From: an uncultured virus (IMG/VR IMGVR_UViG_3300035698_011514)
Taxonomy: Duplodnaviria > Heunggongvirae > Uroviricota > Caudoviricetes
Length of the DNA stretch: 64,000 bases
IMG/VR virus record: IMGVR_UViG_3300035698_011514
Strand: one strand, 5' to 3'
In this document: piece by piece, positions 19,953 through 29,158 of the stretch
Layout: every line of letters starts with the position of its first letter
Position numbering within the stretch: the first letter of the stretch is position 1
Translations under genes and position numbers: made by a program
The notes under the pieces: generated by a model
The model's input: only the letters and a program-made list of their open reading frames with translations
Databases searched by the model: none
Told to the model about the DNA's origin: nothing

Positions 19953-21889
19953 CGCGTCCTCCGGCCTCGTACCAACATTCTACGAAAATCTCCCACACCA
20001 TGCTGCTGCATTCGCTGCCTCTGAGCCGTAACGTGGTTCAGGACAAGTTGGCCGGGTAAGGTCCCGCCCGAAGACGACACGGAGGAACCGAGTATCTGAC
20101 GTGGCCCCTTTGAAACTTTTTGCATTGATAACCAAGAAGACCGTATGTAGGCGTCAGAAAAATCGTCATACTTTCCTCTAATCTGAGGGGCTTGAATATC
20201 AACGACGTGCTTCGATTTTTTCTCAGCTTGAAGCTCTAACAACTCCTTGATATAGGGTGCATATGTCTCAGGCACATTGGAGTTTGAAGATGAAGGGTAA
20301 TTGTAGATGCTATGCTTCTCATAATACATCATCTGCTTCCATGATTCGAACATAGTAGAAGATTCAATTGAAGAGAATTTTTGAGAATGAATCTTACTTA
20401 AACCTTTCTTCGCCAAGGCTTGTTCCATAGCGTACCCGGTCCACTGATCAAAGAGCCCTTCTTCGATATAAAAACGACGAGACAACATTTCAATCCATTC
20501 CGTAATGGCATCAAAATCTAACACGTCAAAGGTCTCCAACCCGTTCGCGTAAGGATGAAATGGTGTCTCTAAATGCGGATTCAATTCCTTCCAAGAGGTC
20601 TTGGCTTGCCACTGTTCATGAAACACTAGCTTGATGCGATCCTCTTCAGGGCGGGTGAGGACGATGACGGTGCGATCTTCCTTCAAAGCTAAGTCCATTC
20701 CCAAGTAATGCGATTGGCGAGCCTTACCACTAAGCTCAGGGCGGAGATCGGCATCAAGGCACTTGCGGAACGCTTCAGTATCGTCTAGCCACGATTTGAT
20801 GCTGTCCGAAAACTCAGCCCCGAACTCACACATAAACTTTTCAGGAGATCTGTTGTATTCGTTGCGATAATAATTGGAAAGTACAGTGGGGTTGACCTCC
20901 CATGTAGGGGCCTGCACCATGAAGATATCTTCGGAACCCTGCAACCCGGACATCGCAACTTGAAACTTCTCATAAAAAAGACCTTCTTTTGCAAAGGGAG
21001 AAGAAATCATGATGATGCGGGACTCCACATCACCTAGGGGGGTTCGGGAGTTATTGGGATCCTTTAAGGAAAAGGCCGCCGTCGATGGTGTGAGCGATTG
21101 ATAGACTTGCTCATCTGATGTTGTGCCATCCGTAGAAAAGAATGCAAACTCGTCAAGAATAATTACATAATTGTTGTGACCGCGAAGATTGCCCGCGTTC
21201 GAGGAGTGGAAAGACACGCCCACACTTGCGATGCCCCCCTTATCAAAAAGACCTGTGTTTTCTCTATCATAAGGTGTTTGGAAAAGAATTTCGGACTGTG
21301 TGTCTTTGGAGAGAAAAGACTTCAAAAAGTCACAATTCTTGCTATGCTTTCGCACCTCGGAGTAAATGAGCTTTGCCTGATCCAAAGAAGGGGCTACTGA
21401 GCAAATCTTGATCGTGTCGTGGGGCTTGAGACCAAAGTATCGCTGCGGGTTGGTCTTACGGAGTGTCTTGTATATCTCATAGGTAGCGATCATTCCCGAT
21501 ATAGCAGACTTACCTGAACGACGGCCAACGGCTAGTGCTAACTCTCGACGTGTGTGATCAAGTTCTCGTATATTGCACCGACCCTCCGAATGAAGAAATT
21601 TAAGATACTCCACTTCCGTGAACTTATGCATATGCTCGGGCTTGGCGCTTTGAGAATGGCGCCAGCTCTTGGGGATGACAATGTACTTTTCCTTGTCATC
21701 CAGCTCGTGACCGTAGTACGCTTTTAAGAGAAACCGCTGAACAGGGTAGAGTGACACCCCCTGCTGCACATCAGTGAATTTCAAACCCAAAGGGGATTCG
21801 ACGAATTCAAGAATCGGCATTGCCGTTGTATTGCTCGTCGCCGCCGAACCTTGACGAGATACTTTTCTGGCTATATCTGCGATTGACAT
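19949..21889 (-). CDS. terL: terminase large subunit
   Basis: Walker A GRRSGKS, Walker B VIILDEFAF, ISSP, RNase H-like GMDLA...DQW...DDFSDA. Confidence 0.92.
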   Translation of the reverse strand: MSIADIARKVSRQGSAATSNTTAMPILEFVESPLGLKFTDVQQGVSLYPVQRFLLKAYYGHELDDKEKYIVIPKSWRHSQSAKPEHMHKFTEVEYLKFLHSEGRCNIRELDHTRRELALAVGRRSGKSAISGMIATYEIYKTLRKTNPQRYFGLKPHDTIKICSVAPSLDQAKLIYSEVRKHSKNCDFLKSFLSKDTQSEILFQTPYDRENTGLFDKGGIASVGVSFHSSNAGNLRGHNNYVIILDEFAFFSTDGTTSDEQVYQSLTPSTAAFSLKDPNNSRTPLGDVESRIIMISSPFAKEGLFYEKFQVAMSGLQGSEDIFMVQAPTWEVNPTVLSNYYRNEYNRSPEKFMCEFGAEFSDSIKSWLDDTEAFRKCLDADLRPELSGKARQSHYLGMDLALKEDRTVIVLTRPEEDRIKLVFHEQWQAKTSWKELNPHLETPFHPYANGLETFDVLDFDAITEWIEMLSRRFYIEEGLFDQWTGYAMEQALAKKGLSKIHSQKFSSIESSTMFESWKQMMYYEKHSIYNYPSSSNSNVPETYAPYIKELLELQAEKKSKHVVDIQAPQIRGKYDDFSDAYIRSSWLSMQKVSKGPRQILGSSVSSSGGTLPGQLVLNHVTAQRQRMQQHGVGDFRRMLVRGRRTR

Positions 21890-21892
21890 TGA

Positions 21893-22552
21893 TCACCCTC
21901 GCTTTCGGTTGTCCATAATATAGGCTTTCATTTCGGGCTCAATGTGATCCAACCTATCTGCTATCTGAGTAAAAAGAACTTGCAACATTTCTTCAGATAG
22001 ACCCACTTCATCACAACACTCTCGAACCAAGCGGAGCAGAAATTCAATGAGCCTCTGCACTTCAGCAGACTTTAGATCCAAGCTCTTTCCTTCCACTAAT
22101 TCCTTCTTGCGAAAGAACACGTCCGTACCAAGACGCAGCGCAGTCAACCTCTTCTGGGATAATGCAGAAGTGTCTTTTTCTTTCAAAGAGAGACGGTCAC
22201 GCTCAAATCCCAATATGCGAGCTTCAATCATGAACTCGCGCATGACCACATCGATCACGTCAAGACTGCTTGGATCTTTCTTCAAGGCTTTAAGAATAGG
22301 ATCTTTGTTGACGTAAGATTCTTTCTGCTTGAAGAGATCACGTTCTTCTTCGGATGCGAACGTCGTGGGTATCTTACGAGGTCTTCCCCTATTCGCAACA
22401 TAATGTAGCTTTTCCATACGAAGAGTGCCAAAAGGTAATTTATGGATCGCCATGTCTCGTCCTAAAGCCCCATTGTTTTCAGGTTCAAACAAGGGGGCTT
22501 TGTTGTTTGTGGGGTTCCGAAAAGACCCTTCCAGACTCTTATATGGACCCAA
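21893..22552 (-). CDS. candidate terminase small subunit
   Basis: Directly upstream of terL; RGRPRK (AT-hook-like) followed by helical segments; call is positional. Confidence 0.45.
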   Translation of the reverse strand: MGPYKSLEGSFRNPTNNKAPLFEPENNGALGRDMAIHKLPFGTLRMEKLHYVANRGRPRKIPTTFASEEERDLFKQKESYVNKDPILKALKKDPSSLDVIDVVMREFMIEARILGFERDRLSLKEKDTSALSQKRLTALRLGTDVFFRKKELVEGKSLDLKSAEVQRLIEFLLRLVRECCDEVGLSEEMLQVLFTQIADRLDHIEPEMKAYIMDNRKRG

Positions 22553-22597
22553 ACCTTCATTGCAGTCTTAGATAGAAGACACATCAAGTAATTTGTA

Positions 22598-22903
22598 TCA
22601 CTCTTCTAAGTTATCAAGGGCTCGATCTAAAGAAGTCAACAGCTTTCTGAATATCTTGAGAGTCTTTTCCAAATCTCTCAAATCCTCATCCAAGACATCC
22701 TCCACTTGCTCGCCCATATCCACCATGATATCGACCAAGAGATCTAAAGAACCGCCCATCTGGATTTCAATGTCTTCCATATCACCTACTGCCACCATCA
22801 CAGATATGTCTGCGGATATGCTATTAAGATTATTTCGGATGTCAGCGGCCTGCGTGACGCAAGCCCTCATCCTCTCCAACAAGTCTTTTACATCCTGCGA
22901 CAT
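22598..22903 (-). CDS. hypothetical coiled-coil protein
   Basis: GAGG RBS; acidic heptads. Confidence 0.6.
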   Translation of the reverse strand: MSQDVKDLLERMRACVTQAADIRNNLNSISADISVMVAVGDMEDIEIQMGGSLDLLVDIMVDMGEQVEDVLDEDLRDLEKTLKIFRKLLTSLDRALDNLEE

Positions 22904-22905
22904 AC

Positions 22906-25776
22906 TTACCTCTTCTTGTGTTGAGACATTTCATGGTCCATAGAGTTCACTTCAAACCCGATCTCCAAGCTGTCCATTTGGTCTAGCCCATTGGAGTGTG
23001 CAATCGCCGTAACGAAAGTTTCCCCCTTTGTCTTGGCAGTCTTGAGGATGTCTGGGAGCCCCATCTTAATAGAAGACTTGATCGTCATAGGATCGAAGGA
23101 ATCCGTGAGCCGTCTCACAATATCTGAACGAACAAGACCTTTTCCAATAAGAAGACGGGCGGCTTCAAGAACTCTTTCGGGATCTTGCAGTAAAGAATCC
23201 GGGGATAGGATGGCGCCATAGAAACCCGTCTGGACTTCATCGTCATAAGTCTGCTTGTCGTTATCATCCGCGACTGCCAGACTAGCTCTGCGAATCACTT
23301 CACGGGGTGTCTTTTGGTCCTGCGTGAGATCAGAAAGAAGACTCCTAAAAGCCTTCCTGCTCAGACGACCCTCTTTGTGAGCCAAGCCCACATGGTTCAG
23401 AGCAGCTTTTTTGGTGAAGGTAGGCGTCTTAACCAGATCCGATTGATAAAGAGAACATGAGGCACCTTTTCGGTACACACAACCTTCACACTTCGATCCT
23501 TGAACCACTTGAGTCACTGAGGAAGCCACTTTACGAGCACCCTCTTTACAGTCCTCAAACACATCTGCGATCACATAGGCACGACCATACAGACCCTCCT
23601 CGTTGCGGAAAGCTGCGATAATCGGTGTGTGTACCAGAATGTCTCGTGAAGTCAGGGTCGCCAACGCATTGCGCATGGGCTTACCCTCGGACCAAACCTT
23701 CGCCATTTTGCGAACCGTGTGGTAAGCGTACACGCTCGAATCGGGAAGTAAAGTGTCCTGAAACACTTGGACTTCTTTTGCTAGAAGAAAGCGCAGCTGC
23801 GTCTTGGGGTCACTACCCATGATTGCCGCTGTACGCCGTACCCATGTTCGATCTTGAAAATCCTTAGAGTCGAACGTGACCTTATCCCGTTTCGCTTCGC
23901 GCATCCTAGCCAAGGTCTGCTTTACTTCGCCCTTGGTGACGAGAGGTTTGGCTTTCTTCTGTGAAGAGTCCTGATACAGATCCCGCACTGAGCCCTTCAC
24001 AGCAGCCCACTGAGCCATCTTCTTCACGAGGGATGAAGACACTCCCGCAAGACTAGCCTTCGTAGCTCCTGACGCCTTTAAGGAGGCTTCTACGCGGGCG
24101 CGCACGCGTGGGTCTGCGTAAGGATCTTCAGATACAATTGGGAGGTGATCCTTGCTGGAATGCTTTTTTAAGAACGATTGCAAGTCTTGCTTAGACGAAA
24201 ACAGATCTTGGTGAAGGTAAAAAACCCCGTGACCGTAGATGTGGTTCGTCAGCGCCGAGAGGTGCGCGTGCTTATCCACGGCCCCGCGCACGCGCGCGCT
24301 ATGATCTCCGGAAGCCAAGACCTTAGCGATTTGAATCATCTGACGATGCGCTTGACCTCCATCCGTAGAATAAGACTTAGAGGCACTTAAATAGACGTGC
24401 GCCCGCGCCTGACGTAGCGTCATGCCCGTCGAGTGATGGTATGTGACCATACCGAGATTATCATAAATCTTAGCTTTGTGAGGAAGAGACGTAGCGTAGA
24501 CTTTTTGTGCAGCGATACGAATCTTGTCAGGAGACATCTTGGAAAGAATTTCACTAAATTGAGATGCTTTCTTCGTGTCTCCACCCTCTAAAAGAGCATA
24601 GCGTCCTACAACAGAAGATAGAACTTCCGCACTGTTCCATTTAAGACTATCACGGCTCGCATTACGGATATTGTTTCCACGCTCACCGTAAGGAGTCCCC
24701 ACCAGATAAGGCACTTTAGACACAAGCGCTGCATTCTTCTTTGTCCACGCTTCCGCATCTTTCCACGACGGGAAATGCGAAAGATCCAGATAGAGAGAAC
24801 CCAATACATGCATGTGCGCGCGCATGGGGGCGAGATCCGCGTCCGATGCGATCATGTCTCGCACTTTCGCATCGGTCCCTGTCGACATCATATAGCGGGC
24901 GACGACATTTCGCTTTTTGTCTGCGATGACATCTCGCATAATAACTTGAGCTTCCACCTTAGCGAGAGCTTCCCGCTCGGCTTTGTCCTCAATTAGCCCA
25001 ACTAGAGGCACATAATTTTTACCATCTATCTGAGCCCGCTTGAGCTTGGGAGTCTTACTAAGGAGCTTGGACGCGACTTGAATGCGCTCGCGTACAGGCA
25101 GAGTCGCTAACTTGGCGAACTTATCGGAAAGCGATATGAACTTTTGAGGAGCGATATTTGACCAAAGATCTTCGTTGTAATCGACATCAAAGACAAGATC
25201 CCGATCCATCACGGCGCAACGATCGTTCTGGTGTTGTGAGCAAGAACCACATTCCGTCTTCGCCAAGAGATAGCGTGTGGGCGTGGCGGATACTTCTTGC
25301 TTGCCCTGTCCCGAGGCGCACTTGGGGTAGAGTTGTGCGTCCGTGTAGACTACCCCAAGAAGTCCCGCTTCTTTCTTGAAAACCGACCCCAAAACACTTG
25401 CATGTTTAAGGATAGACTCAGACGTAAAAGATCTATCCAGAAGGTAGCGAACATCTTCTTCCGATTGTCCTCGGGAAAGGTTCTTACGCACAAAAGAGAT
25501 TAAAGAAGACTCCACTTCTGGATCCGCCAGTTTCAATGGCGTGATATCTGACCAGAAAGGAGAATTCTTTTCTACGTTATCCAGAGACAAACCGTAGGGT
25601 GTCATGTTCCCCGTGGATGACCAGATGGCTTCGAGATCGGGGATGATTTGCAAATTCTGCTTTGGCAACACCTCTTCAGATTGACGATATGCCACGCCAT
25701 CCACTTCCAACCAATTCAAGCGGTCGGGAGTTGATGATAGCCCCAATAATTCTTTGAGATCCCCGATCTTAGCCAT
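22906..25776 (-). CDS. large repeat-containing hypothetical protein (956 aa) with two Cys clusters
   Basis: E.GL.G..Y......C..G...C..C......C occurs twice. Confidence 0.75.
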   Translation of the reverse strand: MAKIGDLKELLGLSSTPDRLNWLEVDGVAYRQSEEVLPKQNLQIIPDLEAIWSSTGNMTPYGLSLDNVEKNSPFWSDITPLKLADPEVESSLISFVRKNLSRGQSEEDVRYLLDRSFTSESILKHASVLGSVFKKEAGLLGVVYTDAQLYPKCASGQGKQEVSATPTRYLLAKTECGSCSQHQNDRCAVMDRDLVFDVDYNEDLWSNIAPQKFISLSDKFAKLATLPVRERIQVASKLLSKTPKLKRAQIDGKNYVPLVGLIEDKAEREALAKVEAQVIMRDVIADKKRNVVARYMMSTGTDAKVRDMIASDADLAPMRAHMHVLGSLYLDLSHFPSWKDAEAWTKKNAALVSKVPYLVGTPYGERGNNIRNASRDSLKWNSAEVLSSVVGRYALLEGGDTKKASQFSEILSKMSPDKIRIAAQKVYATSLPHKAKIYDNLGMVTYHHSTGMTLRQARAHVYLSASKSYSTDGGQAHRQMIQIAKVLASGDHSARVRGAVDKHAHLSALTNHIYGHGVFYLHQDLFSSKQDLQSFLKKHSSKDHLPIVSEDPYADPRVRARVEASLKASGATKASLAGVSSSLVKKMAQWAAVKGSVRDLYQDSSQKKAKPLVTKGEVKQTLARMREAKRDKVTFDSKDFQDRTWVRRTAAIMGSDPKTQLRFLLAKEVQVFQDTLLPDSSVYAYHTVRKMAKVWSEGKPMRNALATLTSRDILVHTPIIAAFRNEEGLYGRAYVIADVFEDCKEGARKVASSVTQVVQGSKCEGCVYRKGASCSLYQSDLVKTPTFTKKAALNHVGLAHKEGRLSRKAFRSLLSDLTQDQKTPREVIRRASLAVADDNDKQTYDDEVQTGFYGAILSPDSLLQDPERVLEAARLLIGKGLVRSDIVRRLTDSFDPMTIKSSIKMGLPDILKTAKTKGETFVTAIAHSNGLDQMDSLEIGFEVNSMDHEMSQHKKR

Positions 25777-25778
25777 TT

Positions 25779-26534
25779 TCAGACCTCCAGCGCCTCAACA
25801 GCGCCGTCTTGCATATCCATCAACTTCGTAAGATTTTCCTTGACAGATGCCGCGTTGTCACTGATGCGCTTCTTTGCCAAACTCAAAATGGATATAGTGT
25901 TTTCCATCAAAGGAGTAAGGAGCTGGAAAGCCTCAACGAGACTCGATAGAAGACCAGCTTGGTGCCTTTTTGCGGTGCGAGTCTTTCCTGTCTCAGCTGC
26001 CTCAGACAAGATCTCCATCTCAGTCAGGACCTGTTGGGTGTGGGTTAGACACTCTTGGATATCAGCTAGAAGACCTACCACACCACTACACACTTCTGCA
26101 CCCAGCTTATCAGCGCCTCGATACTCCAAAAGATCCCAAGCGGCGGCGAGATCCTTTGGAAGATTCCGCTCGTGCGCAGCATAACGAAGCATGAGCGCGT
26201 GAAGCTCCACGATGCGATCCGTGGCGGGATCAAGATTCTTGTGGTACTCGGACCTCAAGAGCTTGACCTGATCGCTCAGAGCGTCCTTACGGCGGAGGAT
26301 GTTCTGAGCGACTTCTTCCATATCCGCATCCAACTCTTTCTTCGCGTTCATTGTGCCCAGAAGACTTCGCGCCATATTCTCCGCAATTTCAGCATTGAAT
26401 GCCATCATCCCAGCCTTGCGCACACGCTGAGACTTAGGGCGAGCAACCTTCATCTTAGAGGAAGCGTTGTCGATTGTGAGAACAATCTGACGGAGCGCGC
26501 CCGCCATCTTAGACATATTCTTAGTATTCAACAT
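25779..26534 (-). CDS. hypothetical coiled-coil protein
   Basis: GAGG RBS; colinear with the operon. Confidence 0.65.
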   Translation of the reverse strand: MLNTKNMSKMAGALRQIVLTIDNASSKMKVARPKSQRVRKAGMMAFNAEIAENMARSLLGTMNAKKELDADMEEVAQNILRRKDALSDQVKLLRSEYHKNLDPATDRIVELHALMLRYAAHERNLPKDLAAAWDLLEYRGADKLGAEVCSGVVGLLADIQECLTHTQQVLTEMEILSEAAETGKTRTAKRHQAGLLSSLVEAFQLLTPLMENTISILSLAKKRISDNAASVKENLTKLMDMQDGAVEALEV

Positions 26535-26549
26535 AGAAAACCTCACAGG

Positions 26550-27101
26550 TCAAGGAAGATCATCTTCCACGGTTTGTTTGTAGACCCTTTGGTCGTGCTC
26601 TTCTGGATTCATTAAAATATCTTCGGAATCAGACAGCATTTCGTCCACTTCCTTCAGATCTCTTAGTGTCATCTTGTTAGCTTTGGCAGGCGTCCAATGA
26701 GGTCCCTTGATCTCATCATGGAGAGTGTCCATGATGGATGTAGTAATCTCAATAGCTTTAGAGAGATTCTGGCGCATATCGGATATCTTCTGCACATAGC
26801 CTTTTCCTCCCACCAAACCATCTGGTGAGATAGAAATTGACTTGATGCGATTGAAGCGATTAGATCCAGAAATAAGATGCCCTAATGCTACGGACAAACT
26901 CCAGATGACTTTTGAAAGAGGTTTAACCGATTTTGGGTTAAACTCGAATTCTTCCGGGATACCGCGCTTCAGGGCGCCATCATCCTTCACGAATCGGACT
27001 TCACCCGCCGAGCGCGTCATGGAAGCGGCGCGGGGTTCCACCATCATCTTTGAGGCGATCCTAGACGCCATAGCAGCGCGTTGTGTGTCTGTTCTACGCA
27101 T
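26550..27101 (-). CDS. hypothetical protein, possible internal head protein
   Basis: ATG follows the upstream stop; ASRIAS motif; SPDG.VGGKGY core. Confidence 0.65.
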   Translation of the reverse strand: MRRTDTQRAAMASRIASKMMVEPRAASMTRSAGEVRFVKDDGALKRGIPEEFEFNPKSVKPLSKVIWSLSVALGHLISGSNRFNRIKSISISPDGLVGGKGYVQKISDMRQNLSKAIEITTSIMDTLHDEIKGPHWTPAKANKMTLRDLKEVDEMLSDSEDILMNPEEHDQRVYKQTVEDDLP

Positions 27102-27102
27102 G

Positions 27103-27456
27103 TTAAGCCTTAACCGGATTGCCATTAGGATCAAACAGACGCTTTACAACCAAACCGCCATCTGCGCCTTTTTCCATTTCCCAAAAGTCTTGATCGGAGA
27201 TCCGAACTAACATGTTAGGACTGGAGGCGACTCTACGGAAACCCCTGCTGTGCAGCTCGCGCGCCGAACGGACTGTGAAGCTATCCGCCACTTTCGCAAT
27301 CTTCGGCGTAGGTCTTTGCGGATAGAGCATGGACAAGAGGTCCTGATCTCCCTTCTCTAATTCGGGACTCAAGCCTTCCATCTTTGCATCAATGGAGAGA
27401 TCGTCGAAATCATCGAAGAGGCTCTGTAGCTCAAACGCTTTGTACAATCTGCTCAT
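27103..27456 (-). CDS. hypothetical protein
   Basis: GAGGA RBS. Confidence 0.65.
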   Translation of the reverse strand: MSRLYKAFELQSLFDDFDDLSIDAKMEGLSPELEKGDQDLLSMLYPQRPTPKIAKVADSFTVRSARELHSRGFRRVASSPNMLVRISDQDFWEMEKGADGGLVVKRLFDPNGNPVKA

Positions 27457-27465
27457 CGTTTCCTC

Positions 27466-27738
27466 TCATATATCGGAGTAATCCAAACACTTCTTGTCGC
27501 AACTATTCTTGATATTCTGAATTATTAAGGGATCTTCTGACCATAAAGTCACATAGTCGAAACCTTTATTCAAAGAAATATTGTGAGAATAAGTGTCTAC
27601 TAGCTTTGTGACGAAGGTATCCATAAAGGTCTTGTCAGTAAAATATATTGTGATGCAAAGTCGATTTTGCGTAAGACTCTCCAAATAAGCCGCAGCTACC
27701 ACTCGTCGCATCATAATGTGAGAATTCAAACTCACCAT
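27466..27738 (-). CDS. hypothetical protein, first gene of the putative late operon
   Basis: GGAGG RBS; RRVVAA motif; TTGATAAAT upstream. Confidence 0.6.
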   Translation of the reverse strand: MVSLNSHIMMRRVVAAAYLESLTQNRLCITIYFTDKTFMDTFVTKLVDTYSHNISLNKGFDYVTLWSEDPLIIQNIKNSCDKKCLDYSDI

Positions 27739-27804
27739 TCTATCCTCCGGACAAGAGGCAAGATTTTCTTAGATAGATGAAAATACAAGACACCATAAGG
27801 AAAG

Positions 27805-27813
27805 ATTTATCAA
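27805..27813 (-). promoter_or_regulatory. putative late promoter TT(G/A)ATAAAT
   Basis: Same 9-mer at 1722-1730, 12454-12462 and 15501-15509, each roughly 60-85 bp upstream of a structural gene. Confidence 0.55.
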
Positions 27814-27857
27814 TACAAAATGAAAACCTCACAAAGAGAAATTGTGAGGTTACAGAA

Positions 27858-28628
27858 TCAAGCCAAAGTTCTTGTAGCTCTTCCATGCCACTTTGGTAAC
27901 TTTACTTCTCGGAGAATGTTGAAGTTCTTGCGAACTCTTTGGAATGCCCAGAAGTATAGAACGATTTTTCGGAATTCTACCGTGTATGCATCGGGATCTT
28001 TCTCAATCTGAGAATGCCACTTCGAGATCAGATCCGTCACAATCGCACAAAAAGCATCATGAGGCAGATCTCGATGATCATAGAGACTACGCACGATCTG
28101 TATGTCTTCCTGAAAGATAGTATCGGAGTTTAATACATCGCGCAAGGCATGGAGCGCAATAAGATGGAGGGCGCCCAAAAATCTGTGACGAACTTTCCCC
28201 TGAGAAATACTGAGTCGATTTGCCACTTCGCTTTGACAAGTCGTAATATACATTTGCTGAAATATCTGAACGTCAAGATCAGATAGAATTGGAGACAAGT
28301 CTTCCCGGATTTGATCGGGGCTTAGGTCGGGCATTTCCATAAGAAAGCGCAAGCGGCCTAGCGCCCTCTTTAGTCGATAAGACACAGCCGCTTGTGTTAG
28401 TTCAAATATCTGAGCGATTTCTGTCTGTTTCTTGTTGAGAAAGAAGTATAGGTCTATAAGGTCTGCTTCCCTGTCTGGGAGACGCGGTAGGTAAAGACGT
28501 ATTCGATCTAAATGCTCTTCTTTCCACTCAAAGTCAAAATTGTCTTCAAAGGGTGTGACAGCTTCTTCATTCGAGAATCGAGAAGACATTTCCGAAGGGT
28601 CCATACTCTGTATATAGTAATTAGTCAT
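27858..28628 (-). CDS. sigma70 region-4-like transcription factor (tandem HTH)
   Basis: LPDREADLIDLYF....QTEIAQIF.LTQAAVSYRLKRAL, and a second QSEVANRLSISQGKVRHRF. Confidence 0.75.
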   Translation of the reverse strand: MTNYYIQSMDPSEMSSRFSNEEAVTPFEDNFDFEWKEEHLDRIRLYLPRLPDREADLIDLYFFLNKKQTEIAQIFELTQAAVSYRLKRALGRLRFLMEMPDLSPDQIREDLSPILSDLDVQIFQQMYITTCQSEVANRLSISQGKVRHRFLGALHLIALHALRDVLNSDTIFQEDIQIVRSLYDHRDLPHDAFCAIVTDLISKWHSQIEKDPDAYTVEFRKIVLYFWAFQRVRKNFNILREVKLPKWHGRATRTLA

Positions 28629-29142
28629 TATCGTCTACCCCTTGAAGAGCTAACATGGCGACAGGTAATTCAACAACAGACTCAACCGAACGCATCTTAA
28701 AGAGTACCGTACAAGTGTCTTCCGTGACCATCCCCTTGCACACTCCCTTGAGGTCTTTATAAACACCCGCAGTGACGACCACAGTATCCCCTTCCGCAAA
28801 GATCACATGTGTGTAGTCTTGAAGAGCTTTCCGTATTTTATCTATTTTACTTTGAGGAAGTAATTGAAGATATGTCTTGTCACCATCCTGAGTATAGAGG
28901 ACGGAGCTGAAAAATGAGTTGTTCAACAGGTCAAAATACCTACCAGAAGGAAGCCCCGCCCGAACGAAGACATAGCCCTGAAGGTAGTATAGCGTGGTAG
29001 GGATACCACGCTTCACATAGGTCACGGCAGGAATGAAAACATCCCTTTCTTTATTGAGTAGTCGATCTAAGACTCTTTGTAGAGTCGCAGGATCTGTCGA
29101 TTCTCCCACCTGAGATAATTCGATAATAACCCATTCGCTCAT
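28621..29142 (-). CDS. nusG: NusG/RfaH-family transcription antiterminator
   Basis: NGN domain (W.II...VFIPA...L.GYVFV) plus KOW (F.EGDTV.VTAGVYKDLKG). Confidence 0.85.
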   Translation of the reverse strand: MSEWVIIELSQVGESTDPATLQRVLDRLLNKERDVFIPAVTYVKRGIPTTLYYLQGYVFVRAGLPSGRYFDLLNNSFFSSVLYTQDGDKTYLQLLPQSKIDKIRKALQDYTHVIFAEGDTVVVTAGVYKDLKGVCKGMVTEDTCTVLFKMRSVESVVELPVAMLALQGVDDND

Positions 29143-29158
29143 GCAAGCACCTCTGTTG

